DNA of 63,800 bases, filler included, from Klebsormidium nitens (Eukaryota > Plantae > Klebsormidiophyceae): the NCBI GenBank assembly GCA_000708835.1. It is 6 parts of 6 records of this genome, joined end to end, with 100 filler letters (N's around TTAATTAATTAA, not from the genome) between each part and the next. Parts side by side here need not be neighbours in the genome. Positions count along the whole stretch, not along the records: positions 45,690 to 53,812 come from DF238173.1; positions 53,913 to 58,773 come from DF238470.1; positions 58,874 to 61,329 come from DF238685.1; 3 more parts are not named here. One strand, written 5' to 3'. Of this stretch, positions 50,372-61,429 are shown piece after piece. Under the pieces are notes generated by a model that was given only the letters and a program-made list of their open reading frames with translations, was not told the origin of the DNA and searched no databases. The translations under genes and the position numbers were made by a program. The number at the start of each line of letters is the position of its first letter. Positions within the stretch are counted from its first letter, which is position 1.

Positions 50372-53300
50372 GTGTGCCCAGCCGCAAGTAAACCGGTAAG
50401 CATCACTCCACTCGACAGTGCTTGCTCACCCTCATTTGCTCTGCAACGCGATGTGCCGCGGTGTTTGTTCCAAATAGCGCGGGGGTAGCGCCGGGGAGGG
50501 CCTAGTCGGGCCATCCTGCATTATAAACTTGGGGGGGGTGGGAGGGGCGGGGAGCGGCAAAACAAAATCAGATTCGTCACGCCATGAATTCTCGAAAAGA
50601 TTACAAAGCTTGAAATCTGTGCTTTGAAGTCTCCTCGTGCTTGCAGAAAACGCAGCTCGCCCGCTTTTCAGCGAAGGAGCAGGCCCGAGACGGCTCAAGT
50701 TCACGCAAAAGCGGCCACGGAAGACGTCGTCGCCCCGCTCTTTGTCGGACGCGTCCACGTTTACGCCGTCGACCACCAACGACACGCAATCTCACTGCCA
50801 CAGTGAGCACCTCCCGGAACGCGCCGAGCATGATCTCGCGCCTGCCTGCCGGAACAGACTCAACAATGTGCCCGGCTCTGGGGGACAGTAGTTCGGCGGG
50901 TCGGCAAAATACAGGCGAGTTGGGTCCCACCTAGTGCTCGGTTGTCGAGGTTTGGTCTGAACGTAGCAGCGTTGCCATGTGGCAGGTAGATATTGGGTTG
51001 GGCGTGACAGAGAAGCCAGCGCGAGATCCAAGGCTGTAGACGGCCAGAAAAGACTTGGTTTCGTGCATGAATTGGGAGTATGTCAGGCAAGCTTGCAATT
51101 AAACGGGAAGCCCGGTCGCCTGTCTGGTTGCTTTGCAATGGCTTGTTGCACGCTCATCTTAAGCATTTGTTGCCTTCTCGAGCACGGAGCACTTACTTTA
51201 GATTCTGTCGCAAACTAAGCGCATTATTCGTGAATAAGAAAGTGGTTTTGCGTGCACACCCTGCTACCATCAACTTGCAGTGCCATCGTCGCCACACGAC
51301 CTCCCAAGAGGCCCGTAAAAAATCGAGCCACCTTGCGCTGCTCGTAGATAAAGTTTCCATAGCTAAGTACGTTACTGGAGTATGAGGAGAAGGAAGGACA
51401 AAATAGGATAGCTAAATTCTTAATAGAACAGTCCGCTAGGCATGTTGTGATCCCAAACGGACTTTTATGATTCGTTCATTCATTCACATAAGCCCACAGT
51501 CACCGCGAGGCAGCCCATCGTGGCCGAAGCTATTGTGACAGCAATAATCAAGCCTCATTGATATCCAACTGCTGCATTGGACATGCACAACGAACGTTAT
51601 CTCAACCCATTTGAACACTTTGTACCAAACTAAGTGGGGTTAGCAACAGGACGGCGTCGTACTTGTGCTTCGGCGCAGCCGCTCCTCTATGGTAATCTTT
51701 GCAATCCCTCTCAGCGTCAACGGACATGCATGTAACAACAGGATAGGGTTGACAAGTTGGTGGTCCCGGCCTAATAAGAGTATCAATGATACACTGCGTG
51801 CGCCGAGGATTGGATCCAACAGATTCGATCATTTCAGATGACAGTGGCCTGAGGAGGAGATATTGTGATCTGTATGGTGCCACAGAAGTTGCAGCTATTG
51901 ATTTCACGTCTGCCTATACAACCAAGTGGGCACAAATTCAAGGCAGCGTAAGAAGCTCCGCAGAGCGCAGATGAACAGGCTGTGGATATGCCTGGTGCAT
52001 TGCCACGATCAACTGCAGCTGGAAAACGGTCTTTTCCTTGACGGGGTCCCTTCTTTTCAATTAACTTCACGCGTAGACACCGGATCCAACGCGCCTTGAA
52101 AAGGTGTCAACTAGCCTACCCTCATCCTTTGACCCGACTGTGGCTCTCTTCAAAACGGAGCGTCTCGCGTCAGACCACCACGCTCTTCACGCTCGATGTC
52201 ACTGACAGGCCACCTACCAGTCCGATCTTCGTTGTTTGAGCTTTGATATAACGTCACATATTTGTGGACAACCATCTGGTCCTTTTCAGGAGTCCCTAAG
52301 ATCTAGCCGCCTTCCGCATTCGTGCCCTAACAGTAAGAGGGGTACGCCTCCGGATTCCTGTATTGAAGATCGTAATGCATAGTAAGGTCGTTGATCCGGG
52401 CACTAAACGCGACCGCCCCGTCCGTTCTTCGAAATGAAAATTTAACGGTGTTGAGAAACTTCAGCGCGAATCGATCACAAGTCGAGCTAAATAATGGCTT
52501 CCCATTCTGATCAACCAGAGCCTTGATAGGCGTTGCCCTCTTGTAAACCTTTACCCAAATGGTATCAAGAGCGAGGCCTTCTGAGGAACATGGTTCTCGA
52601 ATACTCTGCGCAAACCCAACTTGTGGAAGAGACATGGGGAATCCGCTCCATGCAGGAGGCAGAAAGAACGGGAAGCTTCTCCTGCGAGACAATCATAAGA
52701 CGCGTCCCCTTTACGCCGCGACTGCATGTGTATCAGGAAGAGGGAATCTAGGTCCACAACACCTTTGTGGACCTACACTATTTGTCCAGTACAGGTTGGA
52801 ACGAGTATACCAAAGCCTAAGCGTAGAGTTGCCGACACATTCATTGACTCGCGGTCGGCATATCGAGGCTTTTTGCGGGCTTGGTACAGCGCGCCGGTCC
52901 CTTGCCGAGAAAGAGAGTGAGACGGGTCTCCGTCAAACGCTTCTCAAACACATAGTGAACAGCGACGCACTGAGCCTTTGGCGGGATTGGGTTGAGAAAC
53001 CGCGCAAGCGGAGCAGGCTTGTATGTGCACTATGTCGATATGAGAACCGTCGCCGGAGACAAAATCCTTTCTCCACAATTGCAATACAAGCACCCACTCT
53101 CCAAGGCACGGTCTGTGAAAGCTCGTGCCTACAAAAACCTCGAATCAGACCCATGCAGGGTGAATAGAGCGCAACGGTCGGCAGCAGCAAAGATATAGTT
53201 TCCAGCTAAATTCTTTGGCTCAACCCTCGAGATTGGCTCCTTGGGGGTGGTTCACGCACGCCTCAGAGAGCGGCCCCCCCATTCGCCCCACCAGTCGCTC

Positions 53301-53912
53301 CTCCAGTCGCTTAGAGGCGAATGCTGCAAGGATTCTCCAAGGAGGCAAGTTGGAAATGAATGTTTTCAACTTGCGCAACGTACTATTCATACTAGCAAGC
53401 TCCGGCGATTTCGAACACTTGCAAACCGGTGTTATCGAATCTTTCAACACGATTGATTCGCACGTTAGCATATCTGATAATAGTCAAGGTGCACGGGTTG
53501 CGCAACCCTTTGGCCTCGCCGGCCGCTTTCGAAAATCCTTATTACGGAAACCTTGCCACGGTCAGATAGGGCTTCAATAACCCTTCAAAGTGGACTCGTG
53601 TCACATCCCGAATGTTGTTAGAAACAAGGCGCCGTGAACGTTTGAGAACGCCTCAATGCTCATTACTAAGAGATACATCTTATGAAATTTTGTTGAGATA
53701 CGGGCATTTAGGGACCGATTTCTGGATGATTCTAGGGTTTTAGGATCACGATGTCGACGGTAATCCGACGGTAACTGGAAGTTACGGTTACACGGTTAAA
53801 TGCGCGCGCCGGNNNNNNNNNNNNNNNNNNNNNNNNNNNNNNNNNNNNNNNNNNNNTTAATTAATTAANNNNNNNNNNNNNNNNNNNNNNNNNNNNNNNN
53901 NNNNNNNNNNNN

Positions 53913-55965
53913 CTTTTCTCTAGAATGCCCCGTTATGCCATAGCCGAGAGTCATCTGCAGAACGGGCATCGTCTCCGGCGGTTGTATTTGCTGCATGAAA
54001 TCGTCTACCAATGGGGACGGATACTCATGCCCCTTGTACTCCGTCGAACACTCTTTTGACAGCATATTGCTCGGATGATGGGGTATGAGATTGCCCGTCG
54101 GTAGATGTATTGCGCCAGATGATGTATTCAAGTAATCCCTTGCAGTATCGAGCTCTTTAGCAAAGTTCTCGACTTTGAGCAGATCCTTCAGCGGAACCAG
54201 GCATCGACCTGCAATTGGCACCGACTCGACATCCGGCCCTTGCCAGTTGGCCGACTGAGTGGTCTTTTTCTTGAATGCCTCGAATGATTTTAAGATAGCC
54301 CTCTCAGCGACCTTTGCTTTGCGAACGTCCTCTTTTGAAGGAGATTCGGTCGACTTATGAGCACCGTGAAGCTGCTCTAGGTCGGCTTCCTTCGTGCATT
54401 CTGCCTCAGCAAGCTGTTTGCTGTGTATCTCTGCGAGGTACTTGAGCCAAAAAGTCTTCACTCTGCCCATGTGGTACATGAAAGCGCTCTTAAGCTCCGC
54501 CGCTTCCGAATCGCATGATACCCATGTGGTCCCGTTCCATATCCAGAACCTTCCGGCATCATATATGACCCGTCTGTCATGCTCGAAAAGCTTGGCAAAG
54601 ATCGATGCAGCTCCCCAATCGCTCCTGCAAATCGTGGCTTCCATGAACGGCCGCTGTAACCGCGCCCTCAGATGGCTTTCGCAACTCACAGTACGGTCTC
54701 GTATTCCGAAAGCTTCCACCCCCACTTGCTCCAGAGCGGCGGAAATGCTCACTCGTCCCAGTAATCTTGTATTGTCTTGCTGGCAAGCCGTGCCAAAACA
54801 CCGATAGAATACCTCTTGAAAGTCACCCGCGCACCCCTGGATTGCAGTGAAATTATTAGAGCCGTTATGCTGTCGTCCAAGGTAGCACGTTCTTGGGCCA
54901 TTTACACGGAACTGAAAAGAGCGATTGCCATTTGGGAGCACAGTTGAGCCACCGTATACGGCTGTGCAATCGTTAGCGTTCTTTCGTAGCAGGTCTTGCA
55001 CTTCACGGTATGCTTTTGAATCCACATTTGAAACCACGGTTTGGATGGGCAACTCATCTCCGGAGATCGCCTCGGAGTCTTGTAGAGTGTCTGTGTGGTC
55101 GACTTCTGAGCTTGTCTGTGGCAAAGACTGTACATTCGGTGAAGCAGAAGCACGTCCGATGTTCACACAGTCCGCGAGCCATTGGGGGATTTCTTCTACA
55201 CATTCGTCTTTTGAAGTTGGCTCTGAACTCCATCTATGTTGCAAAACCTTGCCGTTTGGATCTTTGTAGGATGACGGTGGGGCAAATATGACACCCCCAG
55301 TGCCTCTTCCATCGACCCGATAGGTCTTGCCATCGACTTTCAGGGTCTCGAAGTTGTTCAACTGCTTCAAGCGAGCGCTTTTATCCATCCGAAAGTACAG
55401 ATGGAAACCCCCATTTCCGCTGAATGCTTTGAGTGTCTTTGGTTCCGTATGTTGGGTCATAAGCTTCTTCCAAAGTGTCAAACCACACAGGTTCTTCCCT
55501 TCATCACCCATATCAAAGTCCAGAACGAACAGCCGACTCGGCCCCGTCAGAATGGCAATACTGTTGGGCTCAGAAAACCCTCTAAGAATGTCTTGAATGT
55601 TGTCCTTCCAGATCTGCGAAGTTGACAATATGATCCCACTTGCGGGGAAACTTAGTGCCTTTCTTGCCGTTTGGTTTCATCCAGATGTGGACTGGGATTG
55701 CGAAAAAACCAAGCATGCCTAGGCGCAAGATCTCAGCCTTGATGCCTTGGGGCCCTAGGGGTTTAGATTCGGCAAGCGACGTCTTCTGAGCCTTCAGGAC
55801 CTCGGCGCTATTGGCGGGAGCATCTTGATTCGAGACCCTAGGCCTTTCGTGAGGCTGCGTCACGTTGGCTTGACCATCACCAAGGGCGAAGTCCTGGGAA
55901 GCAGCTGTCCCTTCGTCGAAAGCCATTGGAGCCTTTGTCTTAGTCTTCGACCTGAAAATATGCAC
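53913..55965 (-). pseudogene. Bifunctional primase-polymerase (Prim-Pol) + Zn-finger + D5-like SF3 helicase N-terminal region; one frameshift at about 55622; runs into the gap
   Basis: GFFAIPVHIWMKPNGKKGTKFPRKW, then a frameshift, then SIAILTGPSRLFVLDFD...SGNGGFHLYF...VDGRGTGGVIFAPPS...IPQWL (Prim-Pol). Next RTCYLGRQHNGSNNF...FYRCFGTAC (Zn-binding). Then FWIWNGTTW...YLNTSSGAIHLPTGNLIPHHP...LQMTLGYGITGHSREK (D5_N, just before the Walker A motif, which would fall in the gap). Confidence 0.88.
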
Positions 55966-56027
55966 AGCTGGTTTTCAAACGCACGCGTCTGTATGCACCT
56001 CAGGAATATTTTTCGTGACAGTAGATA

Positions 56028-56384
56028 GTGAGCATATCACAAATGGCTTCCAACGAGCAGAGCGTTGAAACGTCTCCCAGCAATTCAAACAAATGCCAGT
56101 GCAACACGTGCAAATCGCAGCGCCGTTATCGGAAGATGCATCCGGAACAGCACATTATGACCGTGAAACGTCATTATCAAAAACATCGTGATGAGATACT
56201 CTTGAGTAAGACTTACGCGAGATACCTTAGAGGCAATCGCCCGCAGAAACGGACTCTGATCAAGCTGATTGATGCCGGATTCTCAATAAAGCCCGAGACG
56301 ATTGCACAATACGGCTTTGGGGCGAATGATAACGGATTGTTCAACAGCATTTCAAACGTTCTAAGTGCCGTTGAAACATGCTAG
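56028..56384 (+). CDS. Small basic hypothetical protein (118 aa) of the virus-like element
   Basis: Intact intronless ORF with CQCNTC and a K/R-rich helix (KRHYQKHRDEILLSK...GNRPQKRTLIKL), a composition typical of small DNA-binding viral proteins. Confidence 0.55.
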   Translation: MSISQMASNEQSVETSPSNSNKCQCNTCKSQRRYRKMHPEQHIMTVKRHYQKHRDEILLSKTYARYLRGNRPQKRTLIKLIDAGFSIKPETIAQYGFGANDNGLFNSISNVLSAVETC

Positions 56385-56451
56385 CTTACCCCTGTGATTC
56401 CGGCCACTTCAATCGCTCAAACCTCAATGACAAAAAGGTGTACATTGAGAC

Positions 56452-57625
56452 TTAAGCACCGGAGAATTTTATCTTTTCGCCATTTGGCAAATAATGCTTT
56501 TCGTAGGTGGTCATCTGGATCGAAGACGAATGCAGCATCTTCATTGCCAGCTCGTCCCTTTCAGCAATACTGGGTGCATCTTTGAATGTGTTCGAAATAC
56601 ATATTTTCCGCAAGAGGCATGATCCGACATTCGCATCTGGAAAGATCTGAGAGCAGAACTTTGTCAGGTAGTTTCGAGACATTGGCGCATCAGGAGTGCG
56701 CATTCTGCTGAGGAGAAAAGCCCTTGGGAAGACCTCGAGAGAGTCTACAATCACATTGTTGGTACGAGTTGGCAGATCAATGGTTTTTTGGCCGTAGGTT
56801 TTAACCGGTTTGTAATCCTTTAGCACGATTTGGAAACGGCCTTTCTCATATTCGAAAAGGTAGTTTCCGGTTCCCTCCATCAAGGCTCTTGCAGCAGAGC
56901 TATGCCGTTCGTCAAAGCGAACGATTGGCAGCTCGCTGTAATCGTTTCTGACCGCTGGTGAATAGGTATAGACAAAGCACCAAATGCCTGATAAGAGTAA
57001 CCTTGTCCGAAACGGTCAGTTGTTCCGGCTTTTTTGGCAGGATATAACGGTTCACTCGCCGTTGCAGCTCCACGCGTCTTTCGTTAATCTGTTCGAGCGA
57101 TCTCCAATTCTTATATTCCGACGCAGAGAGAACTTGCGGCGGAGGTCTGGCTTTTTCCATCACTTCGCGAACCGTTTGGTACCGTTTGTAGTAGGTCTGA
57201 TAGAGTTCAGAGTCTTGGTCGGATTTCAATTCCTTTTTGACTATGACGAGAATAGAGGTTATGCATGTCGCCTGCATGCTCGGCTTTTCCTCGTATGTGT
57301 TGGCCAAATAGCCGATTATCCGGTTTGTGTCCTTGAGCCATTCGAAATTCGACATATCAGAGTCTGAACCGTTCAGTCCCTTGTACAGACGCGCAATATG
57401 GGAGCAGTATTGATTCACGGTTACCGGTTTTCGGGTGCCATCGTCGAAGACCCCTTGAAGAAGCTCTTCCATTCTTGGCGCGGTTATGGTGCGTGTCCCA
57501 GCCTGAGGAGCCTGCATGTTTGCTTTATCTGGGTTATCTAGATAAAAATTCCGACCAGCAAACGTGTCTCTCTTTTGTGGATATGTGAATATCGGTGTTT
57601 GTATTTTGTGCGAAAGCTTTAGCAT
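56452..57625 (-). pseudogene. Divergent tyrosine recombinase/integrase (PLV/virophage/Tlr-like type), split by a frameshift at about 56970
   Basis: Joining ORFs 56912-57625 and 56452-56883 gives an N-terminal helical domain (TVNQYCSHIARLY...FEWLKD) then LCLYTYSPAVRNDY...GNYL...IVLKDYKPVKTYG...LLRKICIS...LAMKMLHSSSIQMTTYEK. This matches the R...K...xxxR...H...Y catalytic order of YRs. Confidence 0.8.
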
Positions 57626-57772
57626 GTAGGAGCTTTTGTAAATTATGTGACAAAAGAGGGGTTCTGGAGGCCTTTTTTCACAGGCACTTTTGTTACAAAA
57701 GTGATTATGAGCTAGATAACGTGAATATGGATGTACATTTTTCGTGAAATGGGCGCCTTTACGCTATTCCTA

Positions 57773-58285
57773 TTATCCAGGATGGACTCGACGAGCCTTT
57801 GAAAGGTTGGCAATACCCTCCAGATCCAAGCTGTAGGCGCTTTTATCGTCCCATATGCGAGTGCAGTCGGCAGGTGACTCGGAATCGGATTCGGATGCTG
57901 TGCAATGCGAAACGGAGTCGTCTCTCCTTCTGTGTCGGGTATGCGACCTTCGAGCGGCCTTTCGCGCACGGCTTGCCCGTTTCAAAGCCGTTTTCCAGCT
58001 GACATGAAGCATATAAGGGGAATCAAGGAAACCGTTTTTATACCAGTGCGCCTCAAAGCCCTCTCCTTGCAGAGAGCGGACAGTCGTTCTGCAAATGTGC
58101 CTCAATGAAAATGGTTTGCAGAGCGCCCGTCCCGGAGCGAGAGTCCCGATGTCCAGGACCGTAGTCGAAATACCCATCTCCGTGTAGGCTGTTACGATCG
58201 CGCTTCGCACACTTTCAAGCACTTGCCTATCCATCTCGAGAATAGCAATCTTGTCCCTTGGTTTCCAGCCGAGGATGACGTCCAT
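57773..58285 (-). CDS. Hypothetical protein (170 aa) of the virus-like element
   Basis: Intact ATG-to-stop intronless ORF, co-oriented with the YR gene; basic/acidic low-complexity C-terminus. Confidence 0.55.
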   Translation of the reverse strand: MDVILGWKPRDKIAILEMDRQVLESVRSAIVTAYTEMGISTTVLDIGTLAPGRALCKPFSLRHICRTTVRSLQGEGFEAHWYKNGFLDSPYMLHVSWKTALKRASRARKAARRSHTRHRRRDDSVSHCTASESDSESPADCTRIWDDKSAYSLDLEGIANLSKARRVHPG

Positions 58286-58324
58286 TGACTACCTTATTGA
58301 CACTAATATGGAAAATCTCACAGC

Positions 58325-58716
58325 CTACGAATCCTGGTTGCGCATCAACCGTCGAAACGCGATGGACGTCTTAAACCTCCTCTCTAGCTGATCATCAATC
58401 CATCTCGCTCGTGACATCTGGAGCTCTTCCTCGATCCGTTTGATCCTCGATTCTAGTCTGCAAACCTCAACAGGTAAACAGCGTACGAAGTGATCAGTTC
58501 GGCCTCCACGTTCAGCCAAGCCCGCCACAGCATGCCTCCCGTCTTCTGTGCAACCTGACCCGGCTTGAATCGATCTTCATTGAGAGGTCCGAACAACTGC
58601 GTCGCATACAGGGCTCTATTAGGTGATACGATGCAGCCTGCTCCGTTTAGCTCGGGTTGTACCCCTTTGAAGTGTAGCTCGAATTCCTGCAGAGTCTCTG
58701 GGCTTTTCCACTGCAA
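58325..58716 (-). pseudogene. Hypothetical ORF of the virus-like element, probably frameshifted, 5' end at or near the gap
   Basis: Overlapping ORFs 58453-58716 and 58325-58528, the second ending in a coiled-coil-like RLESRIKRIEEELQ. Confidence 0.4.
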
Positions 58717-58873
58717 AGTAGGAAGGCCGTGTTAGTATTTAGTACCTTTTTCATAATTATTGATCAATGTACTNNNNNNNNNNNNNNNNNNNNNNNNNNN
58801 NNNNNNNNNNNNNNNNNTTAATTAATTAANNNNNNNNNNNNNNNNNNNNNNNNNNNNNNNNNNNNNNNNNNNN

Positions 58874-59265
58874 CAGCAGACGACGCGGCGGAGGCCCGGA
58901 AGCTGCAGGAGGCCTACGACGTGGCGGCAAAGGCACAGGAGACGCAGCTGGTGTGGGATGAGCTGAGCGAGAGGCTGGACAAGCTGGAGGAGGCGGAAGA
59001 GGCGGCGTGCCAGGGCAAGAAGGTGCGGCGTGGGCGCAAGGGAAAGGACCTCGAATTCGACATCGAACCTCCCCCCAGGTTAAACGTCAAGGTGCTACCG
59101 GAGGAGTATGCCGGGATGTTCACCACGGCGGGGGTGGAGGAAGTGCCGGAGGCCACCCTGGCAAGCGACGACGAAGACTCGCCCAACACCCCTCCGCCCA
59201 AGGCGGAAGCCCGCCAAACCCTGGAGGAAATGTCCATCCCCGACTCGATCTTCAAGACGGACTAA
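58874..59265 (+). CDS. 3' end of a hypothetical GC-rich coding sequence (acidic/coiled-coil)
   Basis: Open from the gap edge to the TAA at 59263-59265, with strong G/C third-position bias like the host exons. Confidence 0.5.
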
Positions 59266-60056
59266 AAGTTTGAAGCATGCGAGATTCATCTACATGCTTC
59301 TATGTGAATTGATGAAGCAACGAAGAATGAGCAATTATGCGGCAACAGCAACAGGAATCATGTGAAGCCAACAGGCCGAAGCATGCGGCGAAACCGACTG
59401 CTTTTTCTAGCCCTAGATGCTGTAACATACCTTCATTCTTCACCCTCAGACTCCACCTGCTCTTTGCCTCCTGAGGTCCTCCCTGCCGTCTTCCTGCAGG
59501 AAGTTCGATCATGGAAATGAACCTTCTTTTGCCCCGGCTTTCTCGAACCAGCCAGTCCCGATCCGTAAGCTGCTCATATGATTCCTAATTCGAAAGCACA
59601 ACAAGCACAAACAGGGCTCACAAACTGCCAGCATCATAATTGAAGGACATCCGCCAGGCTGGATATGACAAGCCCTCACAACAAACCCCAACCCAAAAAG
59701 ACCAGTCCTGGGCCGATTCTGGTGCAAGTTCCTCAGTTCAATGTATCGGGTTCTCATTCGTCAGATTCAAAATTGCTCCCTTGACTTGAAACATACTCTC
59801 TGCTGGGGAATAAAGAAGCTGTTTGACCATCATTATTTTATCCCAGACTGAAGAAGAACTATATAGTGCAGAGGCAAATCTAGATTCATCCGGATCTAAA
59901 GAACTTTCATGCAAAGCTTGGCACCAGGTCTGAACGAACATGGCTAGAAACAGAAGTCATCAGAAGGAAGCAGGATCCTGCCACTCTCAAAGAACTCAGA
60001 GCATAATGGTGCAAAACAGCAAGATGGTCCCTAACTGTATGCGAAGCCAGTATTAC

Positions 60057-61329
60057 TCACCCTTTCCCCTTGGGGTTCTTAACCCGCTTCTCGTTCTCCG
60101 CAAACTTTACCTGCTTGTTGGACCTTTTCGCATGGGCCACCGCAGCTTGCGCTTTTGTCTTCTTCTTGGGCGCTTCCTCTTCCGAGTCCCCGTCTCCATC
60201 CGATCCCGTCCTTCTCTTTGCATTCAGCCTGGCGGACTTCTTGCCATCCCCGTAGTCAACCAGAGCAAGCTCCTCCGGACGCCCAACAGCCCCAGCTGCC
60301 CCCTTCTCTCCTTTCACAGCGGCTTTCTTCTTCTTCTTCTGCATGGGCTTCACTGGCGCTCCTTCTCCTTTCTGCGCCGCCTGCGCCGCTTTGACCGCTT
60401 GCGCAGCCTTCACCATTGCTGCATCAGCCTCGCAGTCATCCGCGATGTGTCCGCTCTGAAGGCAGCGCCCACACTTCTTCTTCAGCGCAGCTCCCCCAAC
60501 CTTCCCTGCTTTCCTCAGCGGCGGACCCATCAGATCATCCAAGAGCGCGTTCACTTCCTGCTCTTCCGCACTTGCTCGCAGCTCAGCTTCTTCCCGGGGC
60601 GAGAGCGCACGTTTTGGGGGCAACCCAAGGGTTTGCTTGGACCCCCCTGCCCTTGCCGGGAGACCTACGGGGCTGCGAATGTCCACCTCCTTCTCCGCAC
60701 TCTTCGCTGGCCCATTCACCCCCTTCTTTGCTGTCCCGACGGCCTCAAGAGCAGGACCCCGACCCTCGCTTCTCCCCAACCCTTCTTTCTTATGCACAAG
60801 ACCACCTGCTTTCTGCACACTACCCTCCTGCGCGCTGCCCTCCTGCACGCTGCCCTCTAGTACATCGCCAATCAGGCCGCCCTCGTCGTCAGTTGCAAAG
60901 ACGACAGGCTTTTCCCCAGTGGTTACATCGGACGCCCCAGAACGCCTGACCGACTGCTTCGAGCGAACTCCGTCAACTCCCAGCGACGCTGCTCCAGGAC
61001 CAAGCTCTTTCGCCACGCTGCTGGTCCCGACTCCCAAAGACAGGCAGCGAGCTACCTTGCTTGCAGGAGACGGCAGACCTTGGTTCGCAGCCGCCTCAAG
61101 CATTCCCGCCGCTCTCCGTGCCGCGATGGCTGCCTGCTGTTTCTGCTTTCCGCCCTTCCCCTTTGGCACCTTGATGTCTTTGAAACGTCCATTGGCGGCG
61201 TGATCATAGACCGCATAGTCACGCAGAGCTTTCTTCGTCCTTTCTTGCGTGACTCCTGGCTCCTTCTGCCACTCAGGCAAGGCCATTAGGTTCCTGACAA
61301 CAATGTCCAATGTCAAACGGACTGGGGTG
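60057..61329 (-). CDS. Zinc-knuckle (CX2CX4HX4C) low-complexity protein fragment, 5' end in the gap
   Basis: An ORF of at least 419 codons containing CGRCLQSGHIADDC, with K/A/G-rich flanks. The end overlaps a donor-like GG|GTGAGT, so it may be spliced onward. Confidence 0.55.
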
Positions 61330-61429
61330 NNNNNNNNNNNNNNNNNNNNNNNNNNNNNNNNNNNNNNNNNNNNTTAATTAATTAANNNNNNNNNNNNNNN
61401 NNNNNNNNNNNNNNNNNNNNNNNNNNNNN

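Larger units (their letters stand above)
53913..58773. mobile_element. Endogenous virus-like / integrating DNA element (Polinton-like virus or virophage-like gene set), gap-bounded and partly decayed
   Basis: Five densely packed intronless ORFs separated by short, partly AT-rich spacers, including a Prim-Pol/D5 primase-helicase and a tyrosine recombinase. No capsid or packaging ATPase is visible in this contig. Confidence 0.75.

Noticed and set aside
53703-53745. TTTAGGG / TAGGGTTTTAGG near a contig end as a telomere
   Set aside because: Only one or two scattered units, not an array.
59940-61203. Plus-strand ORFs of 306, 177 and 188 aa
   Set aside because: Antisense shadows of the GC-rich zinc-knuckle ORF.
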